Source of the DNA: an uncultured bacterium
Lineage (GTDB): Bacteria; CAIJMQ01
DNA length: 42,909 nt
Direction: 5' to 3'
Assembly: GCA_964573245.1 (NCBI GenBank)
Contig: CAZNJA010000006.1
Location: 1-42,909 of the forward strand
A program made the position numbers and the translations under genes. Positions 8,734-18,575 of this stretch are shown here, piece by piece (position 1 is the first letter of the stretch; each line of letters begins with the position of its first letter). A model generated the notes under the pieces. The model was not told the origin of the DNA. It did not search any database and was given only the letters and a program-made list of their open reading frames with translations.

Positions 8734-9396
8734 ATGTTGAAGTTAGTTCACTTACAGTTTGACCAAGGAGAAGGCAATAGTTGGTTTAGGTCTTCTTTAT
8801 CCGAACACCATATGGGACAGTTATGTGTAGTTGATACAAGAGACGGGCTTGCGGTTGGAAAAGTCGATGCGGTTTCCAAAGTTACGGACAGCAAAATAGC
8901 AAGCAAAGTAAAACCTATTTTAAGAGAAGCCACAAAAGACGATGTCAAAAAGATGCAAGCAAACATAAGGAAAGAAAGACATGCCGTTTCGGTTTTTCAA
9001 AACAGAATTCAGAAATATAAACTCCCCATGAAATTAGTAGGCGTACGTTCCCATTTTTTAGCAAAAAAGATTACTTTTTACTTTACTTCTCAGGAAAGAG
9101 TTGATTTCGCCGCTTTGGTTAAAGATTTGGCACGAGCTTTCAAATGCCGCATTGAACTTAGGCAGATAGGTGATAGAGAAAAAAGCAAAAGGATTGGAGG
9201 GCTGGGGCCTTGCGGTAACCCACTGTGCTGCCAAAGCTTCCTTAAAAATTTTGAGCCGGTAACAATGAAGATGGCAAAAGAGCAGGAACTCCCACTTGAT
9301 TCATCTAAACTGGGCGGTATGTGCGGCAAACTACTTTGCTGTTTAAGATATGAATTGCCTCTTTATAAGGAAAAGAAGAAAAAAGCCAATAATTAA
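8734..9396 (+). CDS. ricT: PSP1 domain protein (RicT/YaaT family)
   Basis: RVDF..LVKDLA..FKCRIELRQIG.R, GGLGPCG..LCC, MAKEQ.L, GMCGKLLCCL.YE. Confidence 0.9.
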   Translation: MLKLVHLQFDQGEGNSWFRSSLSEHHMGQLCVVDTRDGLAVGKVDAVSKVTDSKIASKVKPILREATKDDVKKMQANIRKERHAVSVFQNRIQKYKLPMKLVGVRSHFLAKKITFYFTSQERVDFAALVKDLARAFKCRIELRQIGDREKSKRIGGLGPCGNPLCCQSFLKNFEPVTMKMAKEQELPLDSSKLGGMCGKLLCCLRYELPLYKEKKKKANN

Positions 9397-9498
9397 CTTT
9401 TATAGATGTCTGGTTTTATAAACAACCAATCTTCAGCATTCCTTAGTAGATAAATCATGCTGTATCAAGAATTACATATTTGATTTGAGGGTTCCGTT

Positions 9499-9864
9499 TT
9501 AAATCGTTTCCCCCTCTTCCTGCAAAGGCACCTCTTGTTTTGTGGTTTTACATATTAATCTACTGCCGACAATTTCGTATTTTATCTCTTCAAGATCAAA
9601 GTTATCCGGCAAAAGTGTAATAGACCTTATTTCTTTTACTGGAATGAGCATCTCTTTGGTTTCTTCCTGAACAGTCTCGGCAGTTTTTCTCGGCTGGTCG
9701 ACATAAAAATTCTTTCCATCTACAAAAAAGAAATTGTTTTTTATGGATTCCGGGAAAAACTTATCGGAGGGAAATGGTTTTATTTCTCCGATAATAATTC
9801 TTCGATATGCTGCGATTGCCTTTTGGCGCTTCTCGTCTATTTTAAGCCTTATTTTTGCTTTCAT
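9499..9864 (-). CDS. Hypothetical protein
   Basis: 121-aa ORF with a strong AGGAGGT RBS. Confidence 0.75.
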   Translation of the reverse strand: MKAKIRLKIDEKRQKAIAAYRRIIIGEIKPFPSDKFFPESIKNNFFFVDGKNFYVDQPRKTAETVQEETKEMLIPVKEIRSITLLPDNFDLEEIKYEIVGSRLICKTTKQEVPLQEEGETI

Positions 9865-9914
9865 TGCTTAATTGACCACCTCCTTTATTATTATTGTGCG
9901 CCTGCAAAAGTTTT

Positions 9915-10385
9915 TTATTTCTTTTCTTCTACTTTTGGTTCTTCTACGGGCTTTTTCTCTTCTTTAGTTTCTTCTTTTTTAGGCTCTTCCGCTTTTTCCT
10001 CTTTTTTTACTTCTACCTTTGCTTCTTCAACTGCTTTTACTTCTTCTTTTTTGGGTTCCTCTTCTTTTTTGGGTTCTTTTGCCTTATTGTCTTCTTTAGG
10101 CTTTTCTTCTTTCTTTTCTTCTTTTACGGGTTCCGCCTTTTTTACGGGTTCCGCCTTTTTGTCTTTTTTCTTCTTTGCCTGCCCGCCTGCCAATATCGCA
10201 TCCAATTTCTGCTTTTTCGCGAGCATTTTTTTCCATTTTCGGCGCATTTTTTTCAGTTGTTTCCTCAATTTCCTCAAGGCTTTTTTGCCTTCTTCATTAA
10301 CCGTTTTTCCCTTTTTGAGTTTTTGGACTTCTTTTTTTGTTGTTTGAATCTGCTTTTTCAGCTCTTCCATTACCTGTTCCTTCAT
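9915..10385 (-). CDS. Lys/Glu-rich low-complexity protein (basic coiled-coil N-terminus, KEEP-repeat tail)
   Basis: AAGGAGG RBS; start overlaps the def stop; 18-bp tandem repeat at 10123-10158 encoding KAEPVK twice. Confidence 0.75.
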   Translation of the reverse strand: MKEQVMEELKKQIQTTKKEVQKLKKGKTVNEEGKKALRKLRKQLKKMRRKWKKMLAKKQKLDAILAGGQAKKKKDKKAEPVKKAEPVKEEKKEEKPKEDNKAKEPKKEEEPKKEEVKAVEEAKVEVKKEEKAEEPKKEETKEEKKPVEEPKVEEKK

Positions 10386-10885
10386 TATAACCTCCTTAAC
10401 TTTTTTAACTGTGTTTTTATCGACACTTCGCTTACAGGCGAAGCATAATCTATTATCAATACGCCGTTTAAATGGTCTATTTCATGTTGAAGTACCCTTG
10501 CCGTCAGTCCTTTAGCTTCAATTATAACATCTTCCCACTTTTCGTTCCTGCCTTTTACCGAAATCTGCGCGGCCCTTTTTACGTCTACATATATATCGGG
10601 CAAAGAAAGACAACCTTCTTTTGCTTCTTCTTTCCCTTCCTTTTCAAGGACCACGGGGTTTATTAATTTAATTATTTCTTTATTGTTTCTTGCCACGATT
10701 ATTTGTTTGCCGATGCCTACTTGGGGGGCTGCCAATCCTATGCCTTCGTTTGCAAACATCGCATCAACCATTTGTTCTATTATTAAAAGGTCGGCTTCGC
10801 CCATCTTCTCAATTTCGCAAGCTTTTTCTCTTAATATGGGTTCCCCGTATATCTTAATCGGTAAATTTTCGTTTTTATTTTCCAT
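10385..10885 (-). CDS. def: Peptide deformylase
   Basis: GIGLAAPQVG, EGCLS and QHEIDHLNG motifs. Confidence 0.98.
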   Translation of the reverse strand: MENKNENLPIKIYGEPILREKACEIEKMGEADLLIIEQMVDAMFANEGIGLAAPQVGIGKQIIVARNNKEIIKLINPVVLEKEGKEEAKEGCLSLPDIYVDVKRAAQISVKGRNEKWEDVIIEAKGLTARVLQHEIDHLNGVLIIDYASPVSEVSIKTQLKKLRRL

Positions 10886-12164
10886 GTTTCTTGGATTTTA
10901 CTTTTTTACTATTTGAGGGCTTAAACCAGTCCGCAACCATTTTAATAGCACAGTATTTTCCGCACATAGTGCAAACACCTTCTTCCGATGCGGGTTTGCT
11001 TTCGCCTCTTATTCTTTTCGCCGTAACCGGGTCTATGGACAAGCGTATCTGCTGCTGCCAATTTCTTTTTTTTCTGTGTTTGGACATCTCATTGTCCCAG
11101 TCTCTTGCGCCTTCTATTCCTTTGGCTATATCACCTGCGTGTGCGGCTATACGCGCGCCGAGCACCCCCAGCTTCACATCTTCCAAAGTTGGAAGTCTTA
11201 AATGCTCTGCAGGAGTGACATAACATATAAAATCCACGCCGTAACTTGATGCCACGGCAGAGCCGATACTCGCTGAAATATGGTCGTATCCCATTCCTAT
11301 ATCCGTCACGAGAGGCCCCAAAACATAAAAAGGCGCATTATGGCAAATCTTTTTTTCAAGTATGACGTTAGCTTCTATTTCGTTTAAAGGCATATGTCCG
11401 GGGCCCTCTATCATCACTTGCACGCCTTCATCTCTTGCTCTTTGAGTCAGTTCTCCCAGCGTCAAGAGTTCTTGTATCTGCGCCCTATCTGTTGAATCCG
11501 CTATACTTCCGGGGCGCAATCCGTCGCCCAGCGAAAGAACAGCGTCGTATTTTTTTGCCAATTTCAAAAGTCTATCGAAATTTTCGTATAAAGGGTTTTC
11601 TTTGTTGTTTGCAATCATCCATGTCGCGTGAAACGCTCCGCCGCGGGAAACTATATCCAATGTTCTGCCTTCTTCTTTTAAACAATTAAGCACTTTTTGC
11701 GTTACGCCGCAATGGACCGTTAAGAAATCAACTCCGTCCTTTAGCTGTTTTTCTATAACTTCGAAAATTTTATCTTCGTCCATTTTGACGAGCCCACCCT
11801 TTTCTTTTATGGTTTCGACGACTGCCTGATAGATTGGCACCGTTCCCAGAGGAATATTGCATTTTTTGATGATTTGCCTTCTTATCAAGTCCAAATTGCC
11901 GGCGGTTGATAAATCCATTACGGTATCAGTGCCTGTTTCTACTGCCACTTTCAACTTTTTCAGTTCAAAATTCAGATCGTTTCTTTCGGGCGAAGTGCCA
12001 ATATTTGCGTTGACTTTTGTCTTTAATCCTTTTCCTATGCCCAAAGCAACGACGTTTTTCCGTTGATTGTTTTTTAGGACTATTATTTCACCCTTTTCAA
12101 ACCTTTCCGTGAGGATTTTAAGGTCGACTTTTTCTGTTTTTGAGATATTTTTCAGTGTTTCCAT
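10875..12164 (-). CDS. thiC: Phosphomethylpyrimidine synthase ThiC
   Basis: KVNANIGTS, MDLST, GTVPIYQA, SRGG, LGDGLRPG, EGPGH, YVTPAEHL and CTMCGKYC. Start revised to ATG 12164. Confidence 0.97.
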   Translation of the reverse strand: METLKNISKTEKVDLKILTERFEKGEIIVLKNNQRKNVVALGIGKGLKTKVNANIGTSPERNDLNFELKKLKVAVETGTDTVMDLSTAGNLDLIRRQIIKKCNIPLGTVPIYQAVVETIKEKGGLVKMDEDKIFEVIEKQLKDGVDFLTVHCGVTQKVLNCLKEEGRTLDIVSRGGAFHATWMIANNKENPLYENFDRLLKLAKKYDAVLSLGDGLRPGSIADSTDRAQIQELLTLGELTQRARDEGVQVMIEGPGHMPLNEIEANVILEKKICHNAPFYVLGPLVTDIGMGYDHISASIGSAVASSYGVDFICYVTPAEHLRLPTLEDVKLGVLGARIAAHAGDIAKGIEGARDWDNEMSKHRKKRNWQQQIRLSIDPVTAKRIRGESKPASEEGVCTMCGKYCAIKMVADWFKPSNSKKVKSKKHGK

Positions 12165-12172
12165 AACGGGAA

Positions 12173-12201
12173 ATCGTATCACAATACAAGGTTGTTTTCA
12201 A
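12173..12201 (-). promoter_or_regulatory. Putative sigma70 promoter giving a (near-)leaderless thiC transcript
   Basis: TTGAAA-N17-TACGAT with a TG extension; only 8 nt to ATG 12164; no SD sequence. Confidence 0.55.
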
Positions 12202-12236
12202 TAAAACCGCGTGAGGTTAAAAGGGCAAGGTAGAAC

Positions 12237-13109
12237 CTATGCGAATTTATAACTCAATAATTTATAGACAAGTTTTGCCGCAAGAAAATCGGGGGCTTTG
12301 TTGTCGGACGGGCATAATTCAACAACATCAGCTCCCACAATGTTTTTCTTGTCTGATACTGCTTTTAGTAAGTCCGTTACCTGTTCCCATGTAAGCCCGC
12401 CGGGTTCAGGAGTACCTGTTGAAGGCATTATGCCCGGGTCAAATACATCCAAATCCAGAGTTATGTACACATTGTTAGATAATTTATTTATTACTTTGTT
12501 AACCCAATTTTTAGATTTGAAAATCTCTGAAGCATAAAAAATTTTATCTTTGTTTATGTTTTTTAATTCTGAAGAATCCATACTTCTTATACCCACAGAA
12601 ACAATTTTTGTTGTCATTTCTCTTGCTCTTGCCATAACGCATGCATGGCTATACTTATTCCCTTCGTATTCATTCCTCATATCGGTATGCGCATCAAGAT
12701 GCAATATGGACATATCGGGGGAAAATTCAGAGTGCGCTCTGATGGGAGCCGTTGAAATTGAGTGTTCTCCTCCTACTGTTACTACGAATTTTTTATCTTT
12801 CAGCAAATCGCGAACTTTTTTATGAACCTGATTTATCATGGAAACCGAATCTTTGGCAATAATCGCTTTTTCGGTGAAAATACCTTTTTTATATACCTGT
12901 GAATCGGTTTCGATGTCGTAAAGTTCCATGTTTTTGGAAGCTTCAATTATGGCTTCAGGTCCCTTATCCGAACCTTTAAGCCAAGAAGTTGTTTTATCGA
13001 ACGGGACGGGCAAGATAACTATTTTTGATTTCTCGTAACTTGAAAATTCTTTTGAGAGCCCGCAAAAATTATTAGGGATTTTTGTTTTGATGGTGCGGTT
13101 TTTACTCAT
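12237..13109 (-). CDS. speB: Agmatinase
   Basis: GGEHS, HLDAHTD, SHAC and DLDVFDP..MPSTGTPEPGG ureohydrolase motifs; adjacent to arginine decarboxylase. Confidence 0.95.
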   Translation of the reverse strand: MSKNRTIKTKIPNNFCGLSKEFSSYEKSKIVILPVPFDKTTSWLKGSDKGPEAIIEASKNMELYDIETDSQVYKKGIFTEKAIIAKDSVSMINQVHKKVRDLLKDKKFVVTVGGEHSISTAPIRAHSEFSPDMSILHLDAHTDMRNEYEGNKYSHACVMARAREMTTKIVSVGIRSMDSSELKNINKDKIFYASEIFKSKNWVNKVINKLSNNVYITLDLDVFDPGIMPSTGTPEPGGLTWEQVTDLLKAVSDKKNIVGADVVELCPSDNKAPDFLAAKLVYKLLSYKFA

Positions 13110-13118
13110 TTATTTAAA

Positions 13119-13673
13119 TCATTCGGGAATAAATACCGCTGCTGAAAGCACCGTAGTCCATAATCCGTCTTTATTAGCTTCAGCAGATTGGCAGATATGT
13201 GTTGTTTTAAATATGTGTCCGCTTGCCTTGTATATCTGTTCTCTCTCTTCCCATGCCTGGTCAGGGTCAAAAGGAATACCAAGTGTTGTAGCCAACATTG
13301 TTGCTGCTAAATCTTCAGCATATTCGCCCGATTTTTGAGCTATTTCCCCAAATGCGTGATGTTCAGATAAGTAGCCGTAGCTGTCATCACCTTTAGGTAT
13401 AGCAACGCCGATTGCAGCAGAGATTAACCGGTTAGGTTCATTAGTTTCATTTCTTGCCATCACGCAGTAGGTTATTTGCCCGGGTTTTAAGTATGTTAAA
13501 CCTTCTTCTTTCGGTATCATCTTGCAAGTGGGTGGTAAGATGCTGGATACGAGAACAAGATTAAATTTTTCTATACCTGCACTTCTCAAAGCAAGCTCAA
13601 ATGAACCCAGCTTATCCTTATGAATTCCTACCCCTTTAGTCAAGAATACTTTTGCCGGAACTACAGCACTCAT
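13119..13673 (-). CDS. pdaD: Pyruvoyl-dependent arginine decarboxylase
   Basis: [25 protein letters not shown] (Ser-Ser autocleavage site) and YGYLSEHH. Confidence 0.95.
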   Translation of the reverse strand: MSAVVPAKVFLTKGVGIHKDKLGSFELALRSAGIEKFNLVLVSSILPPTCKMIPKEEGLTYLKPGQITYCVMARNETNEPNRLISAAIGVAIPKGDDSYGYLSEHHAFGEIAQKSGEYAEDLAATMLATTLGIPFDPDQAWEEREQIYKASGHIFKTTHICQSAEANKDGLWTTVLSAAVFIPE

Positions 13674-13734
13674 TTTTTACTATCTCCTTTTAATTGTTAT
13701 CTCTTAGTCAATTCAATTTCTTTACTAATCTGCA

Positions 13735-13763
13735 TTTATAACTAATCTGTCTTTAAATTTCAA
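13735..13763 (-). promoter_or_regulatory. Putative sigma70 promoter of pdaD-speB
   Basis: TTGAAA-N17-TATAAA on the minus strand; direct repeat ACTAATCTG at 13724 and 13741 brackets the -10. Confidence 0.45.
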
Positions 13764-13789
13764 GTTCCCCATAAACTTATTTTAAGCAG

Positions 13790-14449
13790 TTATAGAACAA
13801 ATTCTATAAGTTCATTAAAAACTTTAGGATTTAAGTGTTTAAATTTGTCTACGATTATGTCCGCATTTTTAAGGGAATCTCTTTTATGAGTGGATGTTAT
13901 TGCGATACATTTCATTCCAGCGCCTTTTGCCCCTTGTACGCCCGCAGGTGCATCTTCAACAACGATACATTTTTCCGGCGAAATACCTAATTTTTTGCTT
14001 GCCAAAAGAAATATTTCCGGGTCGGGCTTGCTGTGCAAAACTTCGCTTCCGTTGGTAAGAGCTGAAAAAAAAGGCGTCAAATTACATTCTTTAATTAGCA
14101 TCTCCACATTTTCGGGAGTGCCGCTGCTTGCAACAGCCATTTTAAATCCGTCTTCTTTCAATAGATTCAATAAATCTATCAAACCTTCCGAAGGCTTTAA
14201 TTTACCTTTCGCTAATTCTCTAAACATAGATTCCTTTTTATTATCTATATCTACGATTTTTTCTTTGCTGAATTCTTTTCTGAAAACTTTGGGAATAATC
14301 AGGTCGTTTCTCATTCCGAAAGAACTGGCGAATTCTTCCCACGAAAAATCGTTTCTGATTCCTTTCAAAATTTTCTGCCAGGATTGATAATGGAAATGTG
14401 TCGTATCAACCAGAACGCCGTCCATGTCCCAGATTATGCCTTTTGTCAT
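13790..14449 (-). CDS. HAD-family phosphatase (beta-phosphoglucomutase-like)
   Basis: WDMDGVLVDT, ASS, KPDPEIF, VEDAPAGVQGA. Confidence 0.92.
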   Translation of the reverse strand: MTKGIIWDMDGVLVDTTHFHYQSWQKILKGIRNDFSWEEFASSFGMRNDLIIPKVFRKEFSKEKIVDIDNKKESMFRELAKGKLKPSEGLIDLLNLLKEDGFKMAVASSGTPENVEMLIKECNLTPFFSALTNGSEVLHSKPDPEIFLLASKKLGISPEKCIVVEDAPAGVQGAKGAGMKCIAITSTHKRDSLKNADIIVDKFKHLNPKVFNELIEFVL

Positions 14450-14455
14450 TTTTGA

Positions 14456-15085
14456 TTAATTTCGCTCCCTTCGTTCTATTCCGGCTAAAAGGATCCCTGC
14501 CGCAACGAGTAATCTGGGGTCAATAACTGACTGGGGAACTATTATTTTCATACTGTAACGTAATATGAAAGGATTAAAGTGCCGTTTAATATCCGCTATT
14601 TCCTGCATCCCAACTCCTGCCACTACCATATATGTCTGCGGAATCAAGTTGCTAAGAAATCGGCTTGCAAGAGCTCTCAACCAACCCCTTTCAATTAGTG
14701 TTCCTATTTCTTTGCCGTCGGGAGAGAAGAATGTCCACTCATCTTTAAGAATCGACTTTAAAGCTCTTCGCTTGATACTACCCACATTTTCGCCTGTAGT
14801 AGGGTCTTGTATGTTATAAGTAGCCCAGATATCAAGAATGTGCGGAGTTTTAATTGTTAAAATTTCCTGTTTCATACTTTCATCGGAATAAACCCTGAAA
14901 TCTTCTCTGATTCTAAAAGCTTTTTGCCGGGAATAAAAAACGACATTTTTATTTTCGTCATATACGTGGAAGGCAGCTCCCAAAAGAGTGAATACTTTTC
15001 TGCGGAATAAGTATTCTCTATGCTGAAAAGCCGCGCTGAATTTATTTTTGTTTGGACTAAATCCGCTATTCATTTTTTCTTCCAT
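14456..15085 (-). CDS. LURP-one/scramblase-like protein
   Basis: RRKVF.LLGAAFHVYD, QKAFRIREDFRVYSD, DIWATYNI.D and DPRL patterns. Confidence 0.7.
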   Translation of the reverse strand: MEEKMNSGFSPNKNKFSAAFQHREYLFRRKVFTLLGAAFHVYDENKNVVFYSRQKAFRIREDFRVYSDESMKQEILTIKTPHILDIWATYNIQDPTTGENVGSIKRRALKSILKDEWTFFSPDGKEIGTLIERGWLRALASRFLSNLIPQTYMVVAGVGMQEIADIKRHFNPFILRYSMKIIVPQSVIDPRLLVAAGILLAGIERRERN

Positions 15086-15164
15086 ATCCTCTCTCCCTTA
15101 AAAAATCGGTTCAATTATAGAAAGATAAGTGGTAATATGTCAAAATTCTAATCAAAATAAACTT

Positions 15165-16598
15165 ATGAAAATCATTTATTGGTTAATTAATCGGTGGCGC
15201 TGTGAAAACGGCTATCGCGATATTTTAGTGGTGGCTGTTCCGCTAATCTTGAGCACCAGTGCCTGGGCGGTTCAGCATTTCGTTGACAGGATGTTCCTTA
15301 CATGGTATTCGCCCGAAACAATAGCGGCGGCAATGCCTGCAGGTATGCTTAATTTCACGATAATGAGCTTGTTTATAGGCACTGCAAGTTATGCTGGCAC
15401 TTTTGTCGCGCAATATTACGGCGCGGGAATATACAAAAAAATAGGACCTTCCGTATGGCAGGGAATATATATTGCATTTGTCGGCGGAATAATTCATCTC
15501 TTACTTATTCCTTTGGCGCGTCCCGCTTTTGCTCTAATCGGACATGACCCTTTAGTCCAAACCAACGAAATAATTTATTTTCAGGTGCTATGTCTGGGCG
15601 CGGCGCCGGGCATTGCTTCCTCTGCTATGGCGGGCTTTTTCTCCGGACGCGGAAAAACATGGCCCATTATGTGGATAAACTTCTCTGCAACTTTTGTGAA
15701 CTTAATTCTTGATTATGCTTTGATATTCGGCAACTGGGGATTTCCGGAACTGGGAATGAAAGGCGCGGCAATAGCAACAATTATTTCAGGATACTTTGCT
15801 TTCTTTATATATCTTATTTTGTTCTGCAAGCGTTCTTATAATGAAAAATATCATACTCTAAAAGGATTCCGTATAAACACGAAACTCTTCAAACGGCTTA
15901 TGCATTTCGGTCTGCCAAGCGGGATACAATTTTCTTTAGATATGGTGGGATTTAGCATATTTATACTTCTTGCCGGACGTCTGGGAACGATAAATCTCGC
16001 CGCAACAAATATCGCTTTTAACATAAACACGCTCGCTTTTATGCCTATGATTGGAATTGGTATAGCCGTTTCCATTCTTGTTGGGCAATCTCTCGGAAAA
16101 AACAGGCCTGACCTTGCCGAGCGAAGCACATATTCAGGCTTTCATATGACAATTATTTATACCGTGATTATCGCTTTTTTCTATATGATAACACCCGATA
16201 TCTTTTTAAAACCTTTTGCTGCGCAGGCAAATATGGAAACTTTTGAATTAATTAGGCAAATCGCGCGGGTGCTTCTGAGGTTCGTAGCTATATATGCGAT
16301 ATTTGATACATTGAACATAATTTTTGCCTCCGCCATCAAAGGCGCGGGCGATACGCGTTTTGTCCTGAAAATGATTATTATTTTGTCGCTTTTTTTACTC
16401 GTGATTCCCTCTTATATCGCGCTGGTAATTTTCAATAAAGGCGTCTATATCGCCTGGACTATTTTCACCTTTTACGTCATTGCTCTGGGATTTGCATTCC
16501 TGATTCGTTTTCTGCAGGGCAAATGGAAATCGATGCGCGTAATCGAAGAGATCCCGCCCATTCCTACGATAGTATCGGAAACGCCGTTAGTGGAATAA
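15165..16598 (+). CDS. MATE family efflux transporter
   Basis: About 12 hydrophobic segments; VDRMFL, N.ILDY.LIFG.WGFPELG..GAAIAT, GAGDT. Start revised to ATG 15165. Confidence 0.93.
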   Translation: MKIIYWLINRWRCENGYRDILVVAVPLILSTSAWAVQHFVDRMFLTWYSPETIAAAMPAGMLNFTIMSLFIGTASYAGTFVAQYYGAGIYKKIGPSVWQGIYIAFVGGIIHLLLIPLARPAFALIGHDPLVQTNEIIYFQVLCLGAAPGIASSAMAGFFSGRGKTWPIMWINFSATFVNLILDYALIFGNWGFPELGMKGAAIATIISGYFAFFIYLILFCKRSYNEKYHTLKGFRINTKLFKRLMHFGLPSGIQFSLDMVGFSIFILLAGRLGTINLAATNIAFNINTLAFMPMIGIGIAVSILVGQSLGKNRPDLAERSTYSGFHMTIIYTVIIAFFYMITPDIFLKPFAAQANMETFELIRQIARVLLRFVAIYAIFDTLNIIFASAIKGAGDTRFVLKMIIILSLFLLVIPSYIALVIFNKGVYIAWTIFTFYVIALGFAFLIRFLQGKWKSMRVIEEIPPIPTIVSETPLVE

Positions 16599-16604
16599 AA
16601 GATG

Positions 16605-16850
16605 TTATCGCTCTTCTGAATTTTTTCGCGGGGACTCAAGACCTTTTAAAATCTCTTTTACTTCTTCCACTTCATCTTTCTTAACCATAAGCCGCAAAGG
16701 CGTAGCAATTGCTCCATATCCCACATGAGCGAAATTCTCTCCTTGAACGAAATAAATTATACCTTCCGCACCTAATATAGATTTTATCACCGCCATTTTG
16801 CTGAAGTCGGAAGTCACTAAAACCTCTTTGTAATCAATGAATTCGGGCAT
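16605..16850 (-). CDS. DUF2007-like small protein (paralog 2)
   Basis: IKSILGAEGIIYFVQGE, LRLMV...EEVKEIL. Confidence 0.8.
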   Translation of the reverse strand: MPEFIDYKEVLVTSDFSKMAVIKSILGAEGIIYFVQGENFAHVGYGAIATPLRLMVKKDEVEEVKEILKGLESPRKNSEER

Positions 16851-16924
16851 GATGTGGGCCTCTATTTATTTTTTTTCTTCACCAACATACCAGTCCCAAC
16901 ATATTGTCGGAACAATACAGAGTT

Positions 16925-17203
16925 TCATTTCTCTTCTGGATTTTTGTCGTCTTTTTCTGAATTCTTTCCTAAACTTATCATATTAAAAGAAAGCTTCATG
17001 TCTTTTAATATTTCTTTTACTTCTTCAACCTGGTCGCTTCTAACCATAAGTCTTGTGGGTGTAATATACGGTTTTAAAGATACAAAATGCTCCCCTTGGA
17101 AGAAGTAAGTGATATTTGCGCTATCCAATACGGATTTTATAAATGCTATATCGCCCAAATTTCTAGTCGCCAAAACTTCTTTATAATCAATGAATTCTGT
17201 CAT
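16925..17203 (-). CDS. DUF2007-like small protein (paralog 1)
   Basis: IKSVLDSANITYFFQGE, TRLMV..DQVEEVKEIL; shares EFIDYKEVL with its neighbour. Confidence 0.8.
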   Translation of the reverse strand: MTEFIDYKEVLATRNLGDIAFIKSVLDSANITYFFQGEHFVSLKPYITPTRLMVRSDQVEEVKEILKDMKLSFNMISLGKNSEKDDKNPEEK

Positions 17204-17214
17204 TGCGTATTCTT

Positions 17215-17583
17215 TTAACTTTTCTGTTTTATTTTTTTAATAAGTTTAGAAAAATCATCTCGCCACTCCAGTAACATAGAAATTAATGCAGCTAAAGATG
17301 CTAGAAAATATCCCCAAGCAGCATTGCGGTTAGCTTTATGGGATGATTGATTTTGTTTTTCAAGGTATGAATTGAATTCATTCGTAAAATCCTTGAGAGG
17401 TTTATCTAATTCAGTACCTTTAATTGTAATCGTAGCATGAATAGATGAACTAGGTTTATCCATTTCACGTTGCGTAAGCTCAAATGGTGGTATGATGTTT
17501 TGGGATTCAATCCAATGCGATTTACCAAGGAGCAGAAACAAAATAGTGAAGATAAGCCAAATAACTGAAAGAGTGTATTTCAT
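17215..17583 (-). CDS. Hypothetical two-TM membrane protein
   Basis: N- and C-terminal hydrophobic segments; AAGGAG RBS. Confidence 0.7.
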   Translation of the reverse strand: MKYTLSVIWLIFTILFLLLGKSHWIESQNIIPPFELTQREMDKPSSSIHATITIKGTELDKPLKDFTNEFNSYLEKQNQSSHKANRNAAWGYFLASLAALISMLLEWRDDFSKLIKKIKQKS

Positions 17584-17616
17584 TTTTAAAGTCTCCTTTT
17601 TCAGAGAACCTGTATT

Positions 17617-18534
17617 TTAATTAGATAATATTTTCATCACTGCCAAAATTAATCTAGGATCTTGTGTAATTCCTCCTTGTTGAGAATGTGTTGCTAATGC
17701 CATTGGTTGGTATTTAATTATTTTATTTGTAGAAATACCATCAGTTCTTATTCTCCAGCATCCTTGAGGAACAACAAAATCTCTTGCTCCACCAAACTCA
17801 TGCAATTCATTAATGCGATTTATCAATTTCTTTCTTATTTTTGGTGTATTGATTTTGGTTATAAACTCACGTTTAGCATCCATATTTATACCTTGTGCTT
17901 GTATATAGACTGAGTTATTGAAAAGCAATTTAGCTATTACGCTTTCAGCTGCTTTAGCTCTTGGTGAACCTTGATGCGGCGTTGCTACTGTTATTAGTTT
18001 ATTGACACCTTTTAGATAAGGTGATTTGATAAAATCGTTGTCATCATCTTCTTTGTCCAGTGCAATTGCTGCAACTGCATCAAGCCCCCCCATGCTATGG
18101 CATACCAAATCACATTGTTTATCTCCACACGTTTCTTTTATTTTCTTTTTTAAAAGTTCTGCAAATTGATAGAAACATATGTAATAATAGGTTTTATCTC
18201 CATCGGTATCTATTTTTGTATGTCCACGTTTCTTAAATCGGGTTATTTTGTTTTCATCCACAACTAATTTAATAAAATGCATTTTATCCTTGTTTACGAC
18301 ATTCTTTTCCAGCCATCCTTTAATATGATATTGCCAGTTAGCCTCTCTATTTGGACCTACTTCCATATATGGCTCTGTCCAGCAAACATTAGCTTCATCC
18401 CCCCATCCATGAACAAAGAAAACATCACGCTTCAATTCAAATTTCTCTAATTTTGTTAGTTTATCACGAGCTCGTTTCCTTTCTTGCGTTACCAGTGCTC
18501 TTTGCTTGGGTTTGGTTGTTTTAAACATAAACAC
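17617..18534 (-). CDS. Alpha/beta-hydrolase, lipase/PGAP1-like
   Basis: FFVHGW, DLVCHSMGG nucleophile elbow, LITVATPHQGS, DFVVP and a C-terminal His. Confidence 0.8.
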   Translation of the reverse strand: MFMFKTTKPKQRALVTQERKRARDKLTKLEKFELKRDVFFVHGWGDEANVCWTEPYMEVGPNREANWQYHIKGWLEKNVVNKDKMHFIKLVVDENKITRFKKRGHTKIDTDGDKTYYYICFYQFAELLKKKIKETCGDKQCDLVCHSMGGLDAVAAIALDKEDDDNDFIKSPYLKGVNKLITVATPHQGSPRAKAAESVIAKLLFNNSVYIQAQGINMDAKREFITKINTPKIRKKLINRINELHEFGGARDFVVPQGCWRIRTDGISTNKIIKYQPMALATHSQQGGITQDPRLILAVMKILSN

Positions 18535-18575
18535 CTCCTAGTTTAATTTAAGTAGCTTCTCCCTATACCTCTCCC

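Noticed and set aside
9823-10448. Long Phe/Ser-rich + strand ORFs (174 and 184 aa)
   Set aside because: Antisense shadows of the Lys/Glu-rich gene; no RBS.
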